Assembly: GCA_021161885.1 (NCBI GenBank)
Contig: JAGGZS010000023.1
Location: 1 to 34,761, forward strand
Origin: a bacterium
GTDB lineage: Bacteria > Auribacterota > Auribacteria > Auribacterales > Auribacteraceae
DNA length: 34,761 bases
Direction: 5' to 3'
In this document: positions 9,301 to 21,300 of the stretch, in pieces
How positions within the stretch are numbered: position 1 is the stretch's first letter
Layout: each line of letters opens with the position of its first letter
Notes under the pieces: generated by a model
Seen by the model: only the letters and a program-made list of their open reading frames with translations
Told to the model about the DNA's origin: nothing
Database searches by the model: none
Translations under genes and position numbers: made by a program

Positions 9301-12300
9301 CACTTCCCTGAAGATTTTTAAGTATTTGTTCCTCGCCTGTTAAAATATCTTTAATCCAAGTTTCTATCATTTCGTTGGTAACAGGCGCTTCATGTTCAGA
9401 ATCGGCAAAATCATCATCGATTTTCATAGTGAATTCATAAGGTGTTCCGTTTTCAGTGATCAAAATAGGTACCTTGGCATAAGAGATATTCGCGAGTATC
9501 TCATTTAAACCTGTATAATTATTTTTGTGGAGCTGAAAATCATCACAATGATACTCAGGCGCCGGTATCCCGCCCATAAAAAAGCCTATTCCTGATAAAA
9601 TTTTAGCTAAAGGACCGTCCAGCTTCTTCACAGCCGCTTCTACATCGGGAGTTAATTCAGGATATAAACCGGCATATAATTTTAAAGTCGGTATATCTTT
9701 CCTGTTACCCAGTTCACCAAGAGCCTTTACTGTTTCCCGTTTAATGGAAATCCGATCCGCATAAAGCAGATGCCTTAAAATAGGAGCTGATTTTTTATCG
9801 CCTTTTTCGAGCATCATCGAAGGTATCTCTATCAGTACGGCCCTGTCATCGGCGGTTAAATCACGGCGGTCAAGTTTTCTTAATATATCTGCGAGAACCC
9901 CGATATAATTATCGCCGGCTATATCAATCATGGCTTTTAGAGCGGCTTGTTTCACATAAAACGAATAAGGGCTGTTTTTATCTACTATTGAATTGCCAAG
10001 TGTATTCATAGCATCGGAATATTTGTTCCTGCCCATAGCCAAAGCGGCTTGTTCTTTTTCGATATTATCGCCGGCTATATATAACCTTAAAAGCTCTTCA
10101 TTAAAAATTTTTTTCTTTAATGTTTCAACAGCTATTGTACTTTGAAAACCTTTATTTTTGTAGACGAGATGAAGTAAATGGCGAACCGCGCTTTTATCGC
10201 CTTTTCTTCCAAGCAAAATTGCCGAAGCGTCAACTATGCCTGCTTCCTGATTATTTAATCCCAGCCTTAAATACGCTATAAGATCATCGCCGTACTGCTC
10301 GAGAATATCTATCAAGTCATTAAATTCCAATGAATTTTCCGCTGTTGCCATTAGGTTCAGACTGTTCCATATATTATCAGACAATTTAAGCTGATTGGAG
10401 CGGTCAATACCGCGGGATTTAAGAAAATCGCCCGCCGCTTTTCTTACATCAGGATTCGGGTGTATAAGCAGATTATCAGCATCAACGTTCAAATCGGCTT
10501 TTAATTTATCCAAAACTTTTATTGCCAATACGACCGAAGTATCATCGGATTGTTGTGAAATGATTTTCCGCATAAACGGGATAACGGATTTATCGGCAAG
10601 TTTAAACACTGTTTTTTGAGCTTGCAGAGCTACTTTCTCGGAGCGGTCATTTATCATAGCGAACACATCCGCCATTGCGTCCGCATTACCGGTTTGGCCA
10701 ATAACATACAAAACTCCTTCACGGATGTTGGGGTTTTCCTTGTTCAGCGCGGTAATCAATAACGGTAACGCCTTGTCTTTAACAGCGGTTAAAGTATCTA
10801 CGGCAACGCTTCTATCTATAAGATTAAAACCAGCGAGACGGTTTATATTTTTTCTTATATCCGATTGCGTAACAGAATTTTTGTCTACAATATTTTCAAG
10901 CGCCCTATTCTCAATGGAGTACCCTATCGCGTTCAGTTTCAGCATTTCGTTGAGTTCCTTGAACACACTGGCTGTAAAATTTTCAGAAAAACCCCTGTTT
11001 GACATTAACGAGACAAACGCTTTCTGGTTAAATGAAGTGCCTGAACGCAAAGCCTGTTTAAGGGCAGGAGCGAAAACAGCGAGAAAATCGGTTACAGGAG
11101 TATAGCTGTATTTACCGTTAATTACGGCAGGAACATTTGTTTTTAGGGTAACTTCCAAATCAGCGGCTATGTGCATAAAGTTCAAGACCGTATCATACGA
11201 TTTTTTCTGGTCAAGAATAAATGTTTGGATTGCTTCCGCTTCTTCATGTGATAACCCCGCAAGATGAAACGCCTCATGTAGAACTACTACGGATTTTTCT
11301 TTATCAGTAAGAAGATTAGCGAATTTACCGCTCATATAAATATTATTCCTATCCTGATAATGTCCGTAATGAGCCGCAGCATATCTATTTCCTACCCAGA
11401 ACAAGATATTATCTGCCGGCAGGGAATAAATTTGCGTATTGTCAAGCGCTGTTGAAATATTGTCGATAAATTTATTAAAATCCGATTCAGAGTTTATTCC
11501 CTTTTCCTCAAACATTTTGTTAAGAAGGGGATTAACTGATAACTCGGCATAATTAAGTTCGGATAATAACGATTTTGCCTGTTTCCTCTCTTCCTTAAAA
11601 GGTAAAGGCTGAGGTTTTTTATCAAATAATTTTTTTATCATCTGGTTAAATGCGTCATGGCGGTGTTTGTCTGTTCCGCAAATATTTCCGAAAGACAGAT
11701 TATCTGCCTGATTTAAAGCCGCTAAGCGAACATCAGGCAGCTCTTTCCTGCGGGACACGGATAATTTTAAGTCTTTATTAGATAAAGCGTCATTAAGCGC
11801 AGTAAGAAACTCTTTAGCGGTCTTATACCGTTCGGTCTTATTTACCGCTAAAGATTGTTTCAAAATTTTTGTTATTTCAGTTCCCAACATAGATTCCATA
11901 AAATCGAAATCAAAATCACCTGATTGTATTAAGTCTGCCGTAAATTTGGTTTCGTCGAAATTGCGTAATTGGTCTGTTGATAAAAGTTGAAGTTTGGCGG
12001 ATACCGGATGGTGTCCTGTTAAAAGTTCGGCGAAAATAATGCCTAAGATAAACACATCGTTCTGCTCACTTAAAATTTCATACATCGTTTGTACTACTTG
12101 CCGATTTATCGTATCACGCAATTTATTGTTAATTTGTGTAGGCACTGATACATCAAACGGTTTAAGCTCATCGGCTATTTGCGGCATAACCACATTTATA
12201 AGAGTATTATAGGACGTGCTATATTTAAGTTCGGATTCCGTAAAGACGGATTCAAAAATAATTTTAATATTTTTTAATTGAGCGATTATATCATCAGCGG

Positions 12301-15300
12301 TTTTTAACGAACTGATTTTTCTTAATAAATCCTGCACCTTATTTTGCGCATTAGCCGCGTCAATCTTTTCAGGTGAAGAATAAAAAATATTTTTAGCGGT
12401 TAGCGATGGTTCTGAAAAAGGGCTGCTCTGACCGATTTTTAACGCTTGCGATAATCCTGTAAGAACTAAGGTATTGTCTGATCCTATAAACATATCAAAC
12501 GGGGTGATATCGTTTAAAACAATTTTTTTATCGTACATACCGATGAGCTGTTCTAAAACAGATTGCGCAAACGATAAAAGCGTTTCCGGCGAACTGATAT
12601 TTTTTGTTTTTTGCTCCATTGTTAGTGGATTATCTAATTTAATTGATAGAAAAGGGTTTTCTTCAAGCAGGTTATCGCCTGTAATTGCAGTTTGCTCGGG
12701 ATACATAGTTTTTGTTAAACTCATTTCCCGCTGCCAATCTTTAAATAAATTTTCAAGCTGTGTTCTTGAGAATCCGTCAAAGAGAGGAAGTTTAATCATT
12801 TTTATAAGAACAGTATTGCCGTTTTTATCCTGTCCTCTAAAAACAATGCTTTTATTATTTTCCCTGACAACATTTTCAATAGAATAATCTCCGGCTTTAC
12901 CGCTTAAACGGATGATATTTTCTTTTACTATGGCAGAAGAATATTTAGCGTAAAAAGTAACATTGTTAATCAATTTCTCTGCGACTTTTTTGTGCATTAA
13001 ATTCAGGTTTGTCGCTTTATCTACTTGTTTTATCATAGATGTTTCATTGCGGATTATTGTTTGGAAATATTTTTCAAGTTTCTGGAAATCTTCTAAAGTT
13101 CGGGCATTGTTAATTCTTGAAATAAAATCGGTCTTGATACGGTCACTGGCTAATCCGGGTTGTCTGTTTCCTGTGCGGTTAAAAACAGATTCAAGGGCAA
13201 GTGACGCCATATGCGGAAGCTCGTAAGCGGATTCGTCAATCTGCGACCTTAACATCTGGGCGAAAACCGTTGTGTTTGATGTTATATATTCAACAGGCAG
13301 GTAAATATGTATTTCACCGTTTCTTTTATTTGCTAATGAATCTACCCCTATATTTTGTAAATCGTTTATGCTTGCCAAATGTAAAATTACTGTGCCTGAA
13401 GCGGCAGTCGGGCTAATCTTTACTGTTTTGATACCCTCAGGCGAATGATTTATCTGTTCAATAATATTGCCAAGCATATCCGCAAGATCGGACATATAGG
13501 TATCTGACAAAATAGTCATCATACTTATTTGTTCGCTTATCTGTTTGCCGTCTTGTTTAATCCATCCGCTTAAAGTTGATATATAACTTTTTAAGCTGTT
13601 CGCCATCTTTGGAGTATATGAATAATTGTCCCAAGAGGTAGTAATAGAATTTAATGTTTCCGGATCAATCAGCGGAGCTTGCGCCGTCCATTGCGGTTCT
13701 TTTTTTAATAAACCTGAAAGAGAAGCCTTAACTTGCACCTCAATTTTATGTTCTTTATCTGTTTGGATATCCGATAAAACAACAGTTTTTTCACCAGAGT
13801 AAGCAGTACCGGTTTTCTGCTGAACTTTTTGCCATCCTTTACCTTCAGTCCACAACCATCCTTTAAGGTAATTTGCTGCGAGAATTTTTCTGACGGCAGC
13901 ACGATTGTAACTAAAAATAGGGTTAGATGAGTACTTCGGAGTATCATCATTGCTTGTAGCGAAGGCTATTATCTCAAGAATATTTGTTAAATAAATGTCT
14001 TCGGTTTTACCGTTTTTAATAAGATTTATCCTGATGTCATCAGGAGTCGAAAAATATATTCCTCCAACAATGAGTGCCCAGAACAACTGCTTATTATTAT
14101 CTATTGCCCATTGCAAAAATTGAAAAGGAATTTTTTCGATCCGGTATCCGTCTTTTGTTTCACCAAGATCGAAAATTTGATAATTTTCAGGCGTTTGTTT
14201 GTTATATTCATTTATTGCGTTTTTAAGTTTTTTTGACGGGTAAAAATTCATATTAACATTTACGGAAAAACGAATCGTACGTAGAGAATCTTTTATAGAA
14301 TAAGTATTACAGCAAGCGAACAGGATTCTCATTATATCGTCTGCCGGCATAATTTTTTCAAGATCGTTTATTTTATCCGGTTCAAGCACTGCCTGCTCCA
14401 TTAAGGTCAATAACGCATGATGACCTATGTACTCATGAATAAAAGTTTTACGCGGGGTTTTATCGGATACGAAAATCTCTCCGTGACGGCGCCATCCTTT
14501 GCGGACTTTATTTATCCCTTTAATCCGGCTTTTAAATATCGGTTTAGCCGATAGCGCTATCTCGTTGCCCCAGTTCGGTAAAGAATTCACTATTTCATCT
14601 GGGATATCCTGCAGTTCGGATAAGATAAGATTAAGATTATTAAGCAGATAAAACCGTTGGTCTTCGGTTTGGAGTTCGTTTGCGTCAAGGAAAATCGATG
14701 CGTTAATTCCTTTTTTATGCAGTTGTTGTATCTGTTTTATGATGCCTTCTTTTTTCAATAAATTGAAATCAAGCGAATGAAGCATACCGTCGGCTTGTTT
14801 TTTATCTTTTGCATCATGTCCTGTGCCGATAGTATCGTTGAACTCGCTGTAAAGCCAAATAAGGGTTTTTATATCTTCGATAATGTCTGTCAAGTCAACA
14901 TCTAAAGTTTCGTTTAATTGCGTTAATTCATCTTTCAGGTTTTCATATTGCAAAGCAGCATCATCTTTAACGCGTCCGATAGCGTCTGTGCGTGAAGTCA
15001 TTGCTTTATATAAATCATAATTAATAAAAATAGCTGACGATATTTTGTCCGCTGATTCCCTAACATAACGTTCTGTTAATGTCCTAATTCGAGCGTTTCT
15101 TTTTTCAATAGGAATATCAGTGTTATTTTTAATATCAGACAGAAGGGTTTTAAGTGATACTGTTTCGTTATTATAATTTATTTTCGCATCACGGCTTTTC
15201 TGCAGATGTTTCCAAAAGGCGTCAACCTTAGCAAAATCAATAATATCTTCCCCAAACTCAACCGGGTCAATAACTCCGATATCTTTTTGGTGGGCAGAAA

Positions 15301-18300
15301 ACATTTCTGGATTTTCAGTTTTATTTACGACAGCGGGAGAGGTTTTATAAAGATCAACCCATGCCCTGAACCACAGGTTTTTGGGGTTTTTAAACAGTTT
15401 CCTTAAAAGGTTATTCCATATGACTGCTTCCTGACTTTTTTTTGCTATAACCCCTCGCGCCCAATCCCTGAATTCATGTTCAAGAACCGTTTTTAATACT
15501 TTCATGCCGAAAACACGGTCGTTACCGCTCATGTTATCTACATATTCCAAGGTAGATGTGTTCAGATAAATTGTTTTTCTGCTCAAACCGGCATGAGCTA
15601 ACGCATCGCCTCGGAAAAAAACACCTTGTTCATCAACAAGCAAAGTCAAGAAAAAATCTTTAAGATAATCTTTATATTCCGAAGACCTTAAAATCAATAA
15701 AGCTGTTTTAAGAGCTTTTTGCAGTTTTACCCTGTATTGCGGGTTATTGAGTTTAGTTTCAAAATTTTTTCTTGCCGTATTAGATATTTTTAGATTAGCT
15801 TGTAACTTAACGGCTAACTGGGCTGTTGATAAATCTTTATCAAACAAAGTATAGACGAGTTCATCTATATTTGAATAATCCAAAGCGATACTTTTAAGGT
15901 CAATACGGATTGCGTCGCCGTTTTCTATGAGTTTAGATATTTCATTATCCACATTTGCCCTAATTTTCCCGCGGGCTAAACTTTGATTATTACGATTGTT
16001 GTCTGTTTCATCCTGTACTTGCGCTGTCTGCGCCATAATTTCAGGCAATATATTCCATAAAGCGGTAATTGCTCCGATTGAGAACCCAGCCATCGTAAAA
16101 ACTAAATTAATTATGGTTGACACAGGTTCAGCAGTGTCAATCATATATTGAGAAGCCATAGTCGAGAGAAAAGCTCCCAAGAAACCGAAAAATGTTCTTT
16201 GAGTTAATAAATCTGGGTTTGATTTTAGTTGCCTTATTACTCCTGCAACTAACAGTCTTGACGGTTCAACGTATTTATTTTTAAATTCTGCCCATAATTG
16301 AGGAAACACAGGCATAGTAATTGGTCTTGCCAATACCGGTTTAAGCGCGTTATAAGGGCGAATAAGAAGGAAATCACCAACTGTAATAAAATATTCAAAA
16401 AATGACGCGATAAGTGAAGAAAATAAAAAATTAACAGCCATAACAGGCGCCATTAATACGGTTTGAACTTTCTCATATCGACTAGCATGCTTGCCGAATA
16501 TAAAAATTGGAAGCGCAAATATCGCATAACCTAAAACTAATGCCCCAGATATCATCAGCAGCATATCAACTAAATGAAATATCGGTATCATTTCAATGGT
16601 CATAAACCCGAACATAGCAAATACAGGCACAAGCGCTGTATACATAATTGTTGTTATAATAGCCGGTATACGCATGTCCTTAGGCATTTTTGCGCCTTTA
16701 CGCATTAGCTGAAACATTCCGCCCGACCATCGTCTAGCCTGAATCCATTTTCCTTTCAATGTTTCGGGCATATCTGTTATAACCCTGAAATCTCTACGTC
16801 CGAAAAACTTAAATTTAGAATTTTTATTTTGCCTCAGCAAACCGGATAATTCGGCATCGTCAGTTTCAAAAATACCCGAATGCTTTTGTAATGCCCTAAC
16901 TAGATAAGGCACCAAATAACCACCGCCTCCCCCTGGAACCGACATAGTAAAAAAGGTATTTAACGACCTTAACCATGCAAGATAAAGAAAATTTATTTTT
17001 TTAAGAAGCGAGGTGCCTTTAGGCAAAGTGCCGAACGAGGTAGATAAAGGCAGTATATTGGCTATGATACGGTTCCCGTCTTTTTCAACATGACCTAACA
17101 TATTGGCGGCGTCTTTGAGCGCGCCTGATATATCTGTGCCTTCAATGTAAGAATCGCCGTCCATAATAAAAAGTTTTTCAGGCAATTTTTTTATTTTTCT
17201 ATGTTCAGCAAGTGAATATAACCCTAACACCGCATCTCGAATAGCGCCTGTTCTATGCCCGTTTTTATCACGTAAAATCATATTAAAATCATAAACCTGT
17301 TCACCGGTTTCCGGATTAATATAGTTTTCCCATGAAGCAAGTTCGTTTCGTGTTATGCTTTCAAGAGCTTGTAACCCTTGGCGTTCATCATCGGTTATAT
17401 CTGCTTTTGCAAGCCGTAAGGCGATATCTTGCAATTTCGCGTTGAGCAGTTTAATATTATATTTCCTGTTAAAGCGTTTGAGTAAATCTTGTGTTCCGTC
17501 GGTTGAGGCGTCATCAACTATAACGAGTTTATCAAGATATTTTCCTTCATACGCTTTTTTGAGAATATTTTCCATAAGGTCAGGATCATCTCGGGACAGA
17601 AGGTTAAATACCGGAGTAACTATAAAAAAATCCGATGCGAATTCTAAATCTTTTAATTGATCGGCATATTGGATTTCGTCAAGAGGAAGCGGCCGGAATT
17701 CTTCCAAACTGCTAACAGGTATTTTTGAGGAAAACCGGCGTAAATCTATATTATATTTTTCGCCGTATTTATCTGTAAAATCGGCAAGATTTTCTATAAC
17801 AACTTGTTGTTCCTTACCAAATATTTTTTTAAGGTTTGTCTTGTTTAAAGCTGCGGCTCTGCTTAATAACGCCAAAACTTTACCTGCAGATAAAACCCCC
17901 ATCTCATCAATTAATTGTGAAGATATAACAAACTCCGGCAACCCTTTAGGCTGTATTTTGAAATATTCTTTTATTTGTCCGTCAACTTTATGCAGTTCCC
18001 TTATTTCTTTCGGACGATTTTGAAGTTCCGCCCAAAATTTTTCTACCTGTTTGAACGATATTGGTTTTCCTTGAAAATAAACAGGCTCAACTTTCCCTAT
18101 ATCCTCCGCGTGTCCGCCCCGCAGATAATCGCGGTACTCGTGTTCGTAAACCGCTTGCAGAATACGTTTTGAGTATGCCTGATCTTCAGGCTCCATTTCG
18201 GCGATATACATCAGGGTAGACAAATTCAGGTAAAAACTTTTATTTTCAGCACCCACATGCGAAAGGGCTTGCGCGTTATAAAATTCACCTTCCCAATCAA

Positions 18301-21300
18301 GCAGAACGGTTAATGAAAAATCGGAAATTTTGTCGATTATTTTTGAAGACCGTAAAACATCAAACCCGAGAACCAACGATTTTCTCAGCCGTTCTTTGCT
18401 CATCGGGTCAGAGAGCTGTTTTTTTAATTCTTCTTGGGCAGCAGCCGGCAAATCCGTAAATAATCGTTGGAGATTAACTGATGTTTCTTCTGGCGATCCC
18501 TCAAAAAGCGGATTTATTATATCTTCCGATACATTATTGTTCAAGCTATCAAGGGGTACTCTTACCGCTTTGCCGGATAAAATATGTTCTCTTATTATTT
18601 TATTAATATCCTCAACAGATTTTCGCTGAAGGCTTTTTTCTGAACGCACAGTTTGGGGACTTTTTAAAAATTTTTGATCGCCATTAACGGCTTTTTGTGC
18701 GCGGGCAAGTTGTTCTGCCATTACAATATCTATTGTTTGCGACGTTAACTGCGCGTAAGACTCAATAAGGTCTAACGGGAACAAAGAAGCAAACGTCGTT
18801 CCAACCGCTTCAGAATCAAATTTATTTATAAAGGAATTGATATTTTTGCCGTAAGAATTTTTAACGGCTTCGTCAAGATAACTGAGCATATCAAGAGCCA
18901 GCTCAGAATGTTTGTTTAATAAATCTGAAATAATATTTAATGAATCTGTTTTGTCTTTTATATCACGTTCGTTACGTATAGTGGAATTCATATAAGTAGA
19001 AGATACAAGCACATCAACAGCCTCAGCGAAACTATCAAAGCCGGCAGGCATTTGCGAACTGAGTTTAAACTGAAGAGCAAGTTCTTTGTTATTATATAGT
19101 TTTACATCGGACTTGACAATTTGAGATAGAGAATATCCTGTTGAATCTTTAAATAACCGATTAAAAGATGTAAGCGTTAAAGGAATATCCATCTGCTGAG
19201 ATGTTTCAGCAACAATTTCCTCAAGAAAGGCTGTCTGAGCCTTACCGGAAACAGGGGTTCTTAGTAAAGAAAACATAAAATCGACTATTTGGCTTGCTGT
19301 AGATTTATCTAAAAGCTGTTTGCCGGTAAATGACTGCGATAACCGCAAAGCCAACATAGATATTCTATCTATTTCAGTCTGATTAATATACTGCTGGTTA
19401 TTTTTTCGTTTAAAAAACTGTTTTGCCTGCGGATTATTACGCAGTAATGTTTGCGGATATAAACCTGTAATATCCATAACAAACTGTTCAAAATCAGAAT
19501 ATGCTTTATTTGATTTTAATAAAATTGTATTAAGCGCAAGACTGCGCGCCTGATTGTCGGGAAGGTTAGAAAATATTTTCATAAAACTGTTTACAAACCT
19601 AATGGGCGTAACATAAATCTGACCGTTTAAAGCATATTCGATTATTTTAATATCTGTATCTATATTAAACGATTTCAATGGGCCATCCAACTGATTTGAA
19701 ACTTTTTCCGTATATAACCCTACAGCCCAAGCGACAGCCTCATCGCCTAATTCACCGTTAATAGTCTTTAGCGTAGCAGGGGTAAATTTTTTATTTTGGT
19801 CTGTAATCCAGCCATTCATTACTGACAACAGGGTATTCCAAGGATTATCTTTATTGTTCTCAACATATTCCAGTTCAGCTTCGCTAAGAGGCAATCCATT
19901 GGCTATTAGATTAAGATTTTTTATGGTTCTGCGCTGTTCTGCGGTTATATCTTCAGATTGAGAGATAAGATCGTTAAGATCGTTTTCGGAGTAAATTGTC
20001 CGGTCGCGTAAAATTGAACGGATAATCTGTTCGAAATCCATTTTCTTCACTATCTGTTTAACATTGCGCTGTGAAAGAGTATCGTTAAGTTTATTCCATA
20101 ACCGCATATCAGCGAACTGCGCATACCGTTCGTCTTGTCCGAGTTTATTCATCAAACTTTTTAACGCTGAGGCGATTGCTTTACCCCGTTCGGTTTTGTT
20201 AGGAAATTTTTCCGTTACAAAATCAATATATTTTTGCCTGAAATTTTCAGTAATATTTTTAAAAGGAACTTTAAGTATTCCGACTGAGAACTCATTGATT
20301 ATTCCGAATACCTCATTTTGAATTTCCTCAAAATCAGAGGTTGTGCTGTCTTTTATTTTAGATTTAAGTTTATCAACCACACTATCGGCAACTTCGGGCG
20401 ATACCAGTTCCGCTACAAGAAGAAGCAGGGGTAACTGATACATCATTTTAGGTGACTTGTGCATCAGGTATTTAAAAAAATTGGTTTTTGCGTACATATG
20501 GTCTATAAGTTCAAGATTAAATATTGAGTCGAGATCATCAAACAAGCTGTTTTTTTCGTCTTCCGTTAAAGTTTCAGTAAGTTCCAACTTAGCGACTATT
20601 GCCATTAAAGGCGCGAAAACAGCTGATGCTTCAGCGGAATAAACATTATATAGAAGCGGACTTTTTAGGGCGTCATCAACAAAAAGTTTCATTTCATGAG
20701 CTTTTGAGATTTGCACAAGTAAAGCGGCAAGTTTTTCTACTGGAATATCTTTTATTTGATTAAGCAGCACATCAGCGACCGGATTTTCCTCTTTATTTAT
20801 GTTAAGAAGTTTAAACATTCTTTTAACGATATTTATTTCTATTTCATTATTTTCTATATAAATAATATGCGCACCTTGCGGATAACCAGGAAAAGGATAT
20901 GTTTTATCGCTCAGGATATACTGGGCGGGAGCAATATTATAAAACGGATCCTTAATTCTTTTCCCTCTTAAGATTAAAACAGTCTCCTGTTTGCCGTTAA
21001 TGGTTACCTTATGTTCTTCAACGTTATCGTTATAGAAATCAAAAATGTATTCGCCGTTATAAACAATACCTATATGAAAAAAGAAATCAGCATTTATTTT
21101 TGTTCGGAACTCCATAAACATTTCGTTTCCTGCTAACCGGTCGTTAGCGTCTCCGCTTCGCATTAACCTGCCTATTTCAAGCGCATTGGCCATGAAATTT
21201 TCAATATGCTCCGCAGCTTTTTTAAATCCTAAACTTTGGATTTTATCAGTTAAATTTTTAAGGTTTTTAATCGCCTCTGGATCAAGTTCCTGTTTGTTTT

